Virus record (IMG/VR): IMGVR_UViG_3300043446_004500
Location: 64,001 to 128,000 of that record
Source: a virus
DNA length: 64,000 nt
Strand: one strand, 5' to 3'
Shown here: positions 35,424-46,020 of the stretch, one piece after another
Position numbering within the stretch: the stretch's first letter is position 1
Layout of the letters: each line of letters starts with the position of its first letter
Translations under genes and position numbers: made by a program
The notes under the pieces: model-generated
Databases searched by the model: none
The model's input: the letters and a program-made list of their open reading frames with translations, nothing else
What the model was told of the DNA's origin: nothing

Positions 35424-38400
35424 ATGGCAATAAACACTCAAAATTTTTTACCTTTAGCAAAATCTTCCACAGCAATTGTAAAACATGCTGGATCTCAAAT
35501 TTCTACTGAAAAGAAAGATAAAGGTGGAGCAATAATTAAGCAGAAAAAAATAGATATACAACGGTTTAGACCACCAGAAAAGCAAGAAGAAGAAAAGAAA
35601 GAAGAATCTTATGGTGCTATTGTAAAAAGTTTAATTACAATTGATAAATTCTTAAAGACAAATTCTTCATCAGAAAAGAAAACTTTTGAAAAAGATAGAT
35701 TAGAAAAAGAAAAAGAAGAATCGCAAAAAAAAGAAAAGAAATTAGAAAGTAAAGAAAGGGGAAAAGGTAAAGGAATTAATTTACCTTCAATATCATTACC
35801 CAAATTTGATTTCTTAGATGCTGTAAAACGATATTTTCTTTTTACATTTCTTGGTTGGTTATTTACTAATACTCAAAAATTTCTTCCTCAGTTAACTAAA
35901 ATTTTAGACATTATTAAACCTGTAGTAAATGCTGCCGAATTTATATTCAAAGGTTTATTAAATGGTTTTGTTACTTTTATTGAACTTGGATATAATGCAT
36001 ATGATAAGGTAAGAGATACTGTAAAGAATCTTGGTGGAGAAGGGGCTCAAAAAGTATTTGATGACCTTTCTAAAAATCTCAATACATTAATTACAACAAC
36101 GATTTTAGTTGCTGGTGCTATTGCTACTCTTGGAGAAAAAAGTAAACCTAGTGGACCAAAAGGTGGAGTTCCTGGAAGTCCAAGAGGTGGTGTTCCAAGA
36201 GGTGGTCCAAGAAGATCTCCAATTACTGGCAGACCAGTCCCAACTACAAGTGGTGGAAGAACTGCTGGTAGACCAGATATTAGAAATCCACTTAGAGAAA
36301 GACCAAGAATAACTGGAAGTGGTGGTGGTCGTGCAGGTCAAATTGATATTAGAAATCCTCTGAGACAAAGACCAGCAATAACTAGAAGTGGTGGAGAAGG
36401 AAGATTTGCAGGTAAAGGTTTAGGAAAGTTCTTGTCAAAAGGTGCTCCAATCATAGGACCACTAATTGATTTTTCAATTAGGACATTAATTTTTGGAGAA
36501 TCTCCTGGTCGTGCTGCAGCTGGTGCTATAGGTGCTGGAGTAGGACAAGCATTGGGTGGTGTTTTAGTTGGAACAATTGGAGGAATCGTTGGAAGTGTAA
36601 TTCCAATTGCTGGTACTCTTTTGGGAGGATCTGCAGGTGCTTTTGTCGGACAATTGATTGGTGGATTTGTTGGAGATTGGATAGGAACTTCTTTATATGA
36701 TGCAGTGGCATCAATGAAAGATAAGAAAAAAATTGAGAAAAAAGAGACTGGTGGAAAAGTATCACCAAAAACAAGAGTTAAAGGAAAGAAAAACTCTAAA
36801 AGATCAATTAAAGTTGCTTCAAAGAGACATCCAAAAATAACACCACAAGTATCTCAACCTGGTAAAGATGTTGGTGGAGAGAAAAATATTAAGGTATTGT
36901 ATCCAGATCCAGACAAAAAAATGTCTTTGGATGAATTTCTTATAAGTGAAATGGGTCAGGGTTCATATTCATATAGTCAATATGAAAATGACTTTAAGAA
37001 AAGAACAAAAAAACCAAATCCATTTAAAGCACTCACAGCAACTGCAAAAATATTAAAAGAAATTCCATTATTTGGTGGCACGATTGGTTCAATAATGGGG
37101 GCAGGTGTTGATATTGCATTGGGACAGAAACCTGACAAAAAAGTATATCAGTCAATTGCATCAGGAATTGGTTTTCTTGTTGACACTCTATCAGATCAAA
37201 GAGTTAATAAAAGTATGGGTTCTTTGATGTCTCAAATTAGAGGATTTGCTGAAGGTGGAACAGTTCCTACAAGAGAATTAAAATTAGGAGATGATACTAC
37301 AAATACTACTAAATTACTTACAAAAATTATTGAACCTGCAATAAGTCAAAAAGTAAATCAGGCATTTCAAAGTATTCAAAAAGAATTGCAATTAAAAGGT
37401 AAAAAAGAACCTGGTCAACCTGGTGGAGGTCAACCTGGTGGAGGTGGACCTGGTGGTGGAGGAGGACCTTCAGTAGAATCTATTGATATGAATGGATTAA
37501 GTAAAGAAGATGTTGATGCATTAGGTAGAATGGTTCAAGCAGAAGCAGGTAATCAATCTGCCGCAGGAAAGGCATCCGTAATGAACGTTATACTTAACAG
37601 ATATCGTTTAGCAAAAGCAGGTAAAGGATATCTTCCCTCAGGTAAAACTAAAGATACCGTAACAATAAGAGATATTCTTTATGATCCAAATCAATTTTCT
37701 CCTATTGATGATGGCAGATTTGATAGAACTTCATCGGCTGCCGGCAGAAGTGCATTAGCACAAGCAATTTCTGCTGGTGGAAATGATCCAGAAAAACTTA
37801 AAAAAGTTTTAATGGAAAAATATAATTTGAATGAGCAAGATGCAAATTATGTTATAGTTTCAACTGTTTTTTCCAATCCAGAAGCTAGAGGTTCTAGACC
37901 TTTTAATACTAGAGAAGTTACCGTAGGTGATCACACTTTCCAAGAATCTCCTGATGCAAGATTAAGAGCTCCTGGTCAAAAAATTGATGCTACAGTTAAG
38001 GAAACTCCATCACTAATAATTAAAGGTGGTCCAATTAAAGGTGGAGCAATAGTAACTCAAAGAGGAGATCCTGATAACGAACAAACTGGATCAGATATTG
38101 CAGTTGGTAATTATCAAGTGGGAGATCAAATTCAAAATCCTTTCCAAAGTTTAAAAATCACTAAAATAGGTTTTCAGGGAAAGGGGTCTGGAGAATCTGG
38201 ACAAGGATTTGGTAGATATGTAACAGGTGAAACAATTATTAATGGAAAGAGATATGAAATTTTATTGGGACACTTAAATAAAGCACTTGTAAAAGAAGGA
38301 GACATTTTAGAAGCAGGTGATGTTATTGGAACCCAAGGAATTTCTGGACATGCAACTGGTCCTCATGTTTCAACTCACATTAATGCTTTAGATGGTGGAG

Positions 38401-39131
38401 ATCCATCAAAGGTATTATCATCTGTAGAAAATGTTTGGACAAGAGGTGGTGCGATTGAAACAAAGTCTATGGGAAGACCAACATCTCAATCACAACCACC
38501 AAAAGCACCACCCGGACAAACTCCAGGTAGAACGGGCACAGAACTTGCCGAAGAAATGGAACTACTTCAAAAACCAGTAGTAGAATCATTTAAAGTTGGA
38601 AGTGATACCTATACTCATAGGCAAGGCGGAGTATATACAAAAAATGGAAAGAGAATAAACAAAGATGAATTTGATAAATCTAAAGGATCTCAAGGACAAG
38701 GAAACTGGTGGTCAAATCTTTTTGGTCAAAACAAACCAACACCATCAGCAAAAGTAGAAGGAATAATAAATCATAATGGACAAACTTATTATAGACAAGG
38801 CGACAAATACTTTAAAAAACCTGGACCAGGAGAAGACATCATACAAATACCTAAATCCATTTACGATACGGTTTTAAGAGCAGAAACAATACAAGCACGT
38901 GGTAATCTTCAAGGTGGTGGTTTGATAGGGAAACCAAAATCAAAATTACCAATACCAAATAAGTTTGCCTCTTATGAAAACTATGGTCAGCAATCAATGA
39001 TTGCTATTCTTCCAATTCAAACAGAAGTTATGGTTCCTGTTCCTACAGATGGTGGAGGACCTATGATGTTCCCATCAGCAAATCTAAATACAAAAGATTC
39101 TCACAAAATTCATAGTCTAAGTAGGGGATAA
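35424..39131 (+). CDS. tape-measure-like protein with Hydrolase_2 (SleB) and M23 peptidase domains
   Basis: Glycine-zipper helices; LGRMVQAEAG..VMNVILNR..QFSP; GHL....VKEGD...GDVIG.QG.SGHATGPH. Confidence 0.7.
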   Translation: MAINTQNFLPLAKSSTAIVKHAGSQISTEKKDKGGAIIKQKKIDIQRFRPPEKQEEEKKEESYGAIVKSLITIDKFLKTNSSSEKKTFEKDRLEKEKEESQKKEKKLESKERGKGKGINLPSISLPKFDFLDAVKRYFLFTFLGWLFTNTQKFLPQLTKILDIIKPVVNAAEFIFKGLLNGFVTFIELGYNAYDKVRDTVKNLGGEGAQKVFDDLSKNLNTLITTTILVAGAIATLGEKSKPSGPKGGVPGSPRGGVPRGGPRRSPITGRPVPTTSGGRTAGRPDIRNPLRERPRITGSGGGRAGQIDIRNPLRQRPAITRSGGEGRFAGKGLGKFLSKGAPIIGPLIDFSIRTLIFGESPGRAAAGAIGAGVGQALGGVLVGTIGGIVGSVIPIAGTLLGGSAGAFVGQLIGGFVGDWIGTSLYDAVASMKDKKKIEKKETGGKVSPKTRVKGKKNSKRSIKVASKRHPKITPQVSQPGKDVGGEKNIKVLYPDPDKKMSLDEFLISEMGQGSYSYSQYENDFKKRTKKPNPFKALTATAKILKEIPLFGGTIGSIMGAGVDIALGQKPDKKVYQSIASGIGFLVDTLSDQRVNKSMGSLMSQIRGFAEGGTVPTRELKLGDDTTNTTKLLTKIIEPAISQKVNQAFQSIQKELQLKGKKEPGQPGGGQPGGGGPGGGGGPSVESIDMNGLSKEDVDALGRMVQAEAGNQSAAGKASVMNVILNRYRLAKAGKGYLPSGKTKDTVTIRDILYDPNQFSPIDDGRFDRTSSAAGRSALAQAISAGGNDPEKLKKVLMEKYNLNEQDANYVIVSTVFSNPEARGSRPFNTREVTVGDHTFQESPDARLRAPGQKIDATVKETPSLIIKGGPIKGGAIVTQRGDPDNEQTGSDIAVGNYQVGDQIQNPFQSLKITKIGFQGKGSGESGQGFGRYVTGETIINGKRYEILLGHLNKALVKEGDILEAGDVIGTQGISGHATGPHVSTHINALDGGDPSKVLSSVENVWTRGGAIETKSMGRPTSQSQPPKAPPGQTPGRTGTELAEEMELLQKPVVESFKVGSDTYTHRQGGVYTKNGKRINKDEFDKSKGSQGQGNWWSNLFGQNKPTPSAKVEGIINHNGQTYYRQGDKYFKKPGPGEDIIQIPKSIYDTVLRAETIQARGNLQGGGLIGKPKSKLPIPNKFASYENYGQQSMIAILPIQTEVMVPVPTDGGGPMMFPSANLNTKDSHKIHSLSRG

Positions 39132-39135
39132 TTGA

Positions 39136-40482
39136 ATGGGAAAGAATACTGCGGCAGCTGCAGGAGAAGGTAAAATTGAAGAGTTTGTTATTTTTTCAAA
39201 CGATTCAAGTGAAAAAGAAAAAAAATTAGATATAGTTGGTGGATTAATAGAACTTATAATTACAGAAAGTATTCTTGACAATTCAGTTAGAGCAAGGTAC
39301 ACCTATGCTGATGTTGGACATGGAGAAGGAAGAACAACAGCATCGGATGAAAAGGGTGATATAAATCTAAGCACTTCAGAAAAATGTCACCTAGTGGTTT
39401 CTGATGGATTTGGTAATAAAATTGTTTTTAAAGATGACTACCATTTAAGAGTAAAAAATAGAGGCAATAAAGAAACTACTCGTAATTCTATATTAACTTT
39501 GGATTTTTACTCGGAAGAAAGTATAAAAAATACTTGGGAAGAAACAAGAGTCATTAAAAGTTTTGATGGAAAAATAACAAATCACGTATATGATATATTA
39601 AAAAATATTTTAAAAACTCCTAAAAATGTTTCTGGTGATCCTGGACTGAATAATTTTGTTTTTACTGGAAAAACTGAAATGCCATTTTATGTTATTCCTT
39701 GGTTAGCAAAAAGATGTATTCCAGACTTCGGACCACCTGGAAAATATGCAGGATATTTTTTCTATGAGGTTTCTGATAATGGAAGTAAAACTGGAGGTTA
39801 TAGATTTAAATCAATAGATGTATTAACGCAACAAACTCCAAAATTAAAACTTTCTTATACTGATACTACAGTTCTTCCTATTGGATATGATATGGGAATT
39901 GTTGATTATTCATTTAATAATAACTTGGATTTAGAAAAAATATTAAAAACAGGTTCTTATGTACCTTCAAAATTAAAAACATTTAGTCCATATTCAAATG
40001 AATATAAAGAGACAGTATTTAATGATTTTGAAAGATTGACTCAATTTAATTTATTAGGTCAAGAGATTCCAAAAATAGGAACGGATTTAGATTTGATCAA
40101 TAAGTCAACAAGAATCTCAACAAAAATAAAACAAGATGATGTAAGTAACACTGGAAAATCTTTAAAAGATCAATTAGAAGTGTCTAAAGGAAAATATATT
40201 AACTACCCAGAGGATCAAATTATAAATCAATCTAGATCAAGATATAATAATCTTTTTAACATAAGACTTAGTATTACTATTCCTGGAAGATTTGATCTTC
40301 ATGCGGGAGATTTAGTTCATTGCGATTTTCCAGAAGTATCATCAAAGAAAACACAAGTTGTAAGTGATAAAAAAAGTGGACTATATATGATAGTAGATGT
40401 GGGTCATCGAATTAGTAAAAACAGTTGTTATACTACATTAAATCTCACTAGAGAATCTATTTACAGAAAAGGATCAAGATGA
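39136..40482 (+). CDS. baseplate hub/tail protein (gp27-like)
   Basis: ESILDNSV, GYFFYE, GYRFKSID, IPG.FDLHAGD, SGLYMI. Confidence 0.6.
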   Translation: MGKNTAAAAGEGKIEEFVIFSNDSSEKEKKLDIVGGLIELIITESILDNSVRARYTYADVGHGEGRTTASDEKGDINLSTSEKCHLVVSDGFGNKIVFKDDYHLRVKNRGNKETTRNSILTLDFYSEESIKNTWEETRVIKSFDGKITNHVYDILKNILKTPKNVSGDPGLNNFVFTGKTEMPFYVIPWLAKRCIPDFGPPGKYAGYFFYEVSDNGSKTGGYRFKSIDVLTQQTPKLKLSYTDTTVLPIGYDMGIVDYSFNNNLDLEKILKTGSYVPSKLKTFSPYSNEYKETVFNDFERLTQFNLLGQEIPKIGTDLDLINKSTRISTKIKQDDVSNTGKSLKDQLEVSKGKYINYPEDQIINQSRSRYNNLFNIRLSITIPGRFDLHAGDLVHCDFPEVSSKKTQVVSDKKSGLYMIVDVGHRISKNSCYTTLNLTRESIYRKGSR

Positions 40483-40694
40483 CAAGATCACTTCAACAAC
40501 ACATTAATGATGATAGGGATGAACTTGATAATCCCAACACAAGTGGACAAAGAAAACGCCATCTAGAAGATGAACTAAATTCACTTGAACAATACCAATC
40601 AAATCATCCAGATACAAATCACGATCCAAATCCCTTAGAACTTTATTGTGATTTAAATCCAGAATCTCCAGAGTGTAAATTTTATGAGGTGTGA
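40479..40694 (+). CDS. cp12: CP12 Calvin-cycle inhibitor
   Basis: C-terminal PLELYCDLNPESPECKFYE motif. Confidence 0.88.
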   Translation: MTRSLQQHINDDRDELDNPNTSGQRKRHLEDELNSLEQYQSNHPDTNHDPNPLELYCDLNPESPECKFYEV

Positions 40695-40700
40695 TAAGTA

Positions 40701-43442
40701 ATGACCTTTTATAATAATCAATCCATAGGTGAATATGGAGGATTCTGGATTGGTCAAGTAGTTGATGAAGCAAATTGGATTGATAATGTCAATCCAAAAT
40801 TCCATAATCGTGATGATATTCCTGGTTGGGGATCTAGATGTAAAGTCAGAATTATTGGTAGAGATCCTCAACAAAAAGTAACTCCAGATGATAAATTGGA
40901 GATGGCAGAAATTTGGGTTCCAACCACGGCAGGTAGTGGTCATGGTGGGGCTCATCAAACACATAGTATTCGTCAAGGATGTTATGTTGCAGGTTTTTAT
41001 AAAGATGGTATTGATAAAAGAGAACCTGTTGTAACTTTTATACTTCCAAACAATTCTCAAACCAGATTATTTGGCGGAGATCCTGATATAGGATATGTTG
41101 CTAGAAGTGGATATCTAGGCAAAAGTGGAAACGTTCCAGTATCAACAAAGAACATTTATCTTGCTGGACCAAATAGTTCAACAATAGATGAAGCAAAAGG
41201 AACATCTCCTACAACTTCCGATGTCAGAAATGCTGACCAACAAAAAGATGGAAATAGATGTCATTATATTCCAAAAACAAAAGCTTGCGATGGTGCTGGA
41301 GGAGAATTAAAGGGAATACAGAAATTTATTAAAGATGCTCTTGCTCTTATTAATAGAATTAAAGCAGAGGCAAATGCATTTTTAGGAGCAGCATCAGATC
41401 TTACTGCAAGTATTTCTCAAATTGTAAATAACGTAAGTTCTGCAATTTCTGGTTTATTCAAAACTCTTCTCGGTAGAATGAGAGGTTATATTACTAAAAA
41501 ATTAAATGCAGGAGTAAAAGATTTACTTGATATTATAGTACCAAATCAAAGAGCTAAAATTAATCAATTAAATGAAAAGATAACAGACACACTTCAGTGC
41601 GTTTTTAATAAGATAATCAATCGTCTTAAGAGTTTAGTTTCAACATTATTAGGACAAATTATAGACAAATATATAAATGCACCTCTATGTGCTGTTGAAA
41701 GTTTTGTAGCAAATTTACTAAGTTCCGTTTTAGGAGATATTACAGGTGCAATTCAATCGGTAATTTCTCAAGTAAGTGGAGTGCTTGGAAAAATTGGCGA
41801 TATTGCAGGGAAAGTTTTTGATGTGTTGGATATGGTAACGGGCATTTTAAACTTCTTGTCCTGTGATGAACCATTGGATTGTACAATGGGAGAAGAGTGG
41901 AGTTTCTGGGGTGGTGTAAAATGTGCAACTACAAGTGCAAAAGATGCAGTATCATCTGGTATAAAATCCACATCCGATAAAATTAAAGGATGGATTGCCG
42001 GATCTACCGATGCCCCACCTTGCAACACTTCTCAACTTCCTTGTGGTCCACCAACCATATCAATTACTGGTGGTGGGGGAAGTGGAGTTTTAGCAAATCC
42101 AATTATAAGTGCGACTGGTTCAATTCTTGGAATTGATTTTGTGAATGGAGGTTCTGGATATGTTTCTCCTCCTAATATTAATATTGTTGATAGTTGTGGT
42201 ATTGGCAATGGTGCGGTAGTTGTTCCAATTATAAGCACATCTGACACTCAAGAAAATACTGGATTAACTACAATAAATGAGGATACAGTGACCACCACCG
42301 AAGGTGAAACGGTTATTGAAGGAGGATCAATAACCATCACTAATGGAAGTAATGGGTCAACTGAAGAAACATCTTTAGGAGGTACTGGTGCTGGAGGTAC
42401 TGGTACTGGTGGAACTGGAAGTACTAGTACTGGTGTCGGAAATATTATAGGAAGTGGTCAAGCAGTAATTTCTCAAGCAGGAACTTCTGGTGCTAATTAC
42501 ATTACTAACGCAACTATTATGTCAAGTGGAGGAAAAGTAACTTCTACTGGCGGAAATACTGTAGCAACAACTACAGGAGGAAATACTACTGGATATGGTT
42601 TAAATGTATCAATAACTGGAGGAACATCAACATTTGTAAATGGGGTTCAAACTGTTACTGGAGGAAAAGTAACTCTTACTGGAGGAACAGTTACTACCAA
42701 TGGAGGATCTACTCAAGTTTCTTCTTTAAATAATGCAGGTTCTATAGTTGGATCAGTGATTGTCAATCCAGGAACTGGATACTTATCTGCACCTAATGGA
42801 AGCACTGGTGGAAATGGATCTGTATTTTCTAAAGTTGGAGATACGATATTATTCAATAGTAATTCTGGGTATAACGTTTATGGACCAAATCAAACTATAT
42901 CTGTTTTAGATGGGGATTTAATTTATACTCCTGCAGGAACTGTTTCTGAAGTGTATAATAATGATGGAGAAATAGTTCAAACGATAATAGGTAAAGGAGG
43001 AACTTCACCAATTAATATAACGTCTTCTGGAACCTTAACAACTCCAAACTATGTTTCCGATGAAGCACTCGGTATGAATAGAGATTCTCCCTCTTCTAAT
43101 GGATCTTATCCTGTTGTATTAACGATTAAAGATGTTGCGATTTTAAATGGTGGTGTAAATTATGATCCAAATGATGAAATTGTCATTTCACCAGACAATG
43201 GGGCAGAGTTGAAACCAATATTTAATGATGTAGGAAGACTGATTGATGTAAAGATTATAAATTCAGGTATTGGATTTACAGAGTTTCCAAATCTTTTCAT
43301 ACAATCACAAAATGGTATTAATGCCGTAATTGTTCCAGTCTTTGATATTTTAAGAGTCAATGATCTTTCTGAAGATCAAGATATTATTCCACCTGGAACT
43401 CCTATAATTAGTGTAGTAGATTGTGTAGGTAGAGTAATTTAA
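40701..43442 (+). CDS. gp5/VgrG-like baseplate hub protein (N-terminal OB fold)
   Basis: WIGQVVD, RCKVRIIG, V.GFYKDG; Gly/Thr-rich insert. Confidence 0.7.
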   Translation: MTFYNNQSIGEYGGFWIGQVVDEANWIDNVNPKFHNRDDIPGWGSRCKVRIIGRDPQQKVTPDDKLEMAEIWVPTTAGSGHGGAHQTHSIRQGCYVAGFYKDGIDKREPVVTFILPNNSQTRLFGGDPDIGYVARSGYLGKSGNVPVSTKNIYLAGPNSSTIDEAKGTSPTTSDVRNADQQKDGNRCHYIPKTKACDGAGGELKGIQKFIKDALALINRIKAEANAFLGAASDLTASISQIVNNVSSAISGLFKTLLGRMRGYITKKLNAGVKDLLDIIVPNQRAKINQLNEKITDTLQCVFNKIINRLKSLVSTLLGQIIDKYINAPLCAVESFVANLLSSVLGDITGAIQSVISQVSGVLGKIGDIAGKVFDVLDMVTGILNFLSCDEPLDCTMGEEWSFWGGVKCATTSAKDAVSSGIKSTSDKIKGWIAGSTDAPPCNTSQLPCGPPTISITGGGGSGVLANPIISATGSILGIDFVNGGSGYVSPPNINIVDSCGIGNGAVVVPIISTSDTQENTGLTTINEDTVTTTEGETVIEGGSITITNGSNGSTEETSLGGTGAGGTGTGGTGSTSTGVGNIIGSGQAVISQAGTSGANYITNATIMSSGGKVTSTGGNTVATTTGGNTTGYGLNVSITGGTSTFVNGVQTVTGGKVTLTGGTVTTNGGSTQVSSLNNAGSIVGSVIVNPGTGYLSAPNGSTGGNGSVFSKVGDTILFNSNSGYNVYGPNQTISVLDGDLIYTPAGTVSEVYNNDGEIVQTIIGKGGTSPINITSSGTLTTPNYVSDEALGMNRDSPSSNGSYPVVLTIKDVAILNGGVNYDPNDEIVISPDNGAELKPIFNDVGRLIDVKIINSGIGFTEFPNLFIQSQNGINAVIVPVFDILRVNDLSEDQDIIPPGTPIISVVDCVGRVI

Positions 43443-44113
43443 TGGCAATAGATCTTTCAAGTTTAAAAATTAGAAGTGCAACTGGCGAAAAGGAAAATCC
43501 ACATTTAACTTCCTACGGAAATGATCTTGGCGAAATTCAATTTGGAGTTTTAAGAGCATCAAATCCAGAGGTTACTTCTTCTGATACTACTGCTGGTGTT
43601 CATTTGCAAGGTTATAATTCTCTTCATTATATGACCTTTGAGGCTGATGGTCCTAGAGCAGGATGGACATTAAATCGTTGTCCAGGTCCTTATCAAATTA
43701 TATCTGCTTCAAATAATGCTGGGGTAGTTGGAGAAACAGGATCGCAAACTTGGCCGGGTGTTGGATATTTTCTTTTAGCAGAAAACGGAGACATTGTAAT
43801 CCGTGCTCCTAAAGGTAGAATTCGTATGTCTGCTTTAGATATAGATATAAGAGCAGATGGTCCGGATAATACAAAAGGATCTATTAACTTAGATTCTAAT
43901 CAATCAGTAAACATCAAAACTCAAACTTTTGATGTGTCGGCAGATTCTGGAATAAAAATTTTTACTCCAAAAAGTATGAATCTTGTTGCTAATACTTCCA
44001 TGGCAATGGTAAGTAATTTTATAAATGGATTAACTGCTGCTTCTGCAAATAAACCAAATAAATCTGCACCAGCAACTCAATCTAGTTCAAGATTAAATCA
44101 ATATTACGTTTAA
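43442..44113 (+). CDS. gp5 C-terminal-like beta-helix tail spike protein
   Basis: AENGDIVIRAPKGRIR repeats; position. Confidence 0.5.
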   Translation: MAIDLSSLKIRSATGEKENPHLTSYGNDLGEIQFGVLRASNPEVTSSDTTAGVHLQGYNSLHYMTFEADGPRAGWTLNRCPGPYQIISASNNAGVVGETGSQTWPGVGYFLLAENGDIVIRAPKGRIRMSALDIDIRADGPDNTKGSINLDSNQSVNIKTQTFDVSADSGIKIFTPKSMNLVANTSMAMVSNFINGLTAASANKPNKSAPATQSSSRLNQYYV

Positions 44114-44117
44114 AATT

Positions 44118-44903
44118 ATGGCATTTCAACAAGACGATGTATGCGTATCCCATCAACTTGTGGTAGGAGATGGATTTCCAGTCACAGTTTTAGGAGTTGG
44201 AGAAGCAAAAGTCAGAGGATCTGCATTCATAGAAGGTCCTGCAGTATTTGGAGATTCAATGACATTTCCAAATGTTTGGGCAACGGTGATGATAGGTCCA
44301 AATTCTAATATTGATTCATTACCACCTATAATTCCTGGCACACTATGCACTGGAGTTCATAATCCATATTCTCTTGCAGTTCAAGGACCATCCGCATTTA
44401 TGGATACCGTTGACACAGCATTAGGAATTAATGTTGGAACAAATCTAATAGCACAGGGAGAGGTAATTTCACGTTGCGGAAAACATATTCTTTCTGCTAA
44501 AAAGAATTTTGATATTCCTCACCCATCAAAAGAAGGATGGAGATTGAGACATACTTGCCCAGAAGGTCCATCTAATGATGTCTATATAAGAGGAAGAATT
44601 AAAAATAAAACAGAAATAGATCTTCCAGAATACTGGGAAAATTTGGTAGATTCAAAGTCAATTACAGTTAATTTGACTCCTATTGGTGCTCATCAAGATA
44701 TAATTGTAAAAAGAATTGGAGAGAATAAAATATTTTTGCAATCAAAAGGTGGCATTCCAATTGATTGCTTTTATCATATTTTTGCCGAAAGATGTGATGG
44801 TGAAAAATTAATTCCAGAATACAAAGGAGAAAGTCCTGCAGATTATCCGGGAAATAATGATGAGTATTCAGTTTCAGGATACCACTATGATGTTAAGGAG
44901 TAA
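44118..44903 (+). CDS. tail/spike-associated protein, paralog A
   Basis: KNFDIPHP...RLRHTCPEGP...RGR...LPEYW. Confidence 0.55.
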   Translation: MAFQQDDVCVSHQLVVGDGFPVTVLGVGEAKVRGSAFIEGPAVFGDSMTFPNVWATVMIGPNSNIDSLPPIIPGTLCTGVHNPYSLAVQGPSAFMDTVDTALGINVGTNLIAQGEVISRCGKHILSAKKNFDIPHPSKEGWRLRHTCPEGPSNDVYIRGRIKNKTEIDLPEYWENLVDSKSITVNLTPIGAHQDIIVKRIGENKIFLQSKGGIPIDCFYHIFAERCDGEKLIPEYKGESPADYPGNNDEYSVSGYHYDVKE

Positions 44904-44908
44904 TTAAA

Positions 44909-45529
44909 ATGACTGATAAATTTACACCAAAAAATATTGGTAATGAAGATTGCAATTATGTCAATACTACTTTAGTTCCTACAAGTTCTTGGCAATTTCA
45001 AATTTACCCCTCAACAGGGGATTCTGAGTATCCAGTTGATGCTTGCCCAATTTATAGGCACGATTTCCTTGAATGCACTGATTTAAAATGGGCAGGAGGA
45101 ATTTTATCGGTAAAAGCACCAATTTGGGATTCTAAAAAATCATTTGATATTCCTCACCCCACAAAAGAAAACCATAGAATTCGTTATATTTGTTTAGAAG
45201 GTCCAGAAGCAGAGGTTTATTTTAGAGGAAAATTAAAAAACGAAACAATTATTAAACTTCCTGATTATTGGAGAGATTTAGTTGATGTTGAGACAATAGG
45301 AGTCACATTAACTCCTATTGGAAATTGGCAAGAATTGTTTGTTGAGAAAGTTGAATGGGGAACTCACATTCATATAAAAAATAATTCTGGTGCATCAATT
45401 AATTGTAGTTTCGTTGTTTATGGAGAAAGAAAAGACGTTTCTAAAAATATTTCTGTCTACGAAGGAAAATCGCCAAATGATTATCCAGGAGATAATAGAG
45501 AGTATGTAATTAATGGGGGGAGGTCTTGA
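44909..45529 (+). CDS. tail/spike-associated protein, paralog B
   Basis: KSFDIPHP...RIRYICLEGP...RGK...LPDYW. Confidence 0.55.
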   Translation: MTDKFTPKNIGNEDCNYVNTTLVPTSSWQFQIYPSTGDSEYPVDACPIYRHDFLECTDLKWAGGILSVKAPIWDSKKSFDIPHPTKENHRIRYICLEGPEAEVYFRGKLKNETIIKLPDYWRDLVDVETIGVTLTPIGNWQELFVEKVEWGTHIHIKNNSGASINCSFVVYGERKDVSKNISVYEGKSPNDYPGDNREYVINGGRS

Positions 45530-45580
45530 CACCAGCACCCCACCGTGCTATGATACTAAGGTAATCACGAGACGAACCGA

Positions 45581-45763
45581 ATGCAAGATGAGTACCTGAC
45601 ACGATGCGTCGTTGATCCAATCAAACGAACCGTGTATCTTTACTCTAGTGAGGGGTCAGAAAAGCAAGTGTCCTGTGATACGGTTGAAGAGTTTATGAAT
45701 GTGCTAGAATTTGTTCGTGCTACAGTGGATGAGGAAACACTCTCATACGCAAATCCACTTTAA
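45581..45763 (+). CDS. conserved hypothetical protein
   Basis: ORF behind TTGACA promoter at 45526. Confidence 0.6.
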   Translation: MQDEYLTRCVVDPIKRTVYLYSSEGSEKQVSCDTVEEFMNVLEFVRATVDEETLSYANPL

Positions 45764-45821
45764 AATCCATTTTTGGTCGAAAAAATTCTCCGGTAAAAAT
45801 TGCCCTTATTACTTTTTTTAA

Positions 45822-46001
45822 ATGCGTCCAGAAACACGACAATCAATGGAAATGTTGTTCACTGCAAAGTGGAACGTTCCGACCGCAGCAAAAAACTGTA
45901 ATCTCACAAACAAAGAAATGAAGATTACGTTTAATGAATACTGCACTTTACATCCACCGACTTATGTGGTAGAATCGGGTAGTCAACTCAATCTTTTTTG
46001 A
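45822..46001 (+). CDS. 59-aa hypothetical protein (not in ORF track)
   Basis: MRPETRQSMEMLFTAKWNVPTAAKNCNLT...QLNLF*. Confidence 0.6.
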   Translation: MRPETRQSMEMLFTAKWNVPTAAKNCNLTNKEMKITFNEYCTLHPPTYVVESGSQLNLF

Positions 46002-46020
46002 GTTTTTTATGAGTTAAAAA

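Noticed and set aside
45764-45820. A/T-tract intergenic stretch as a replication origin
   Set aside because: No iterons or other support visible.
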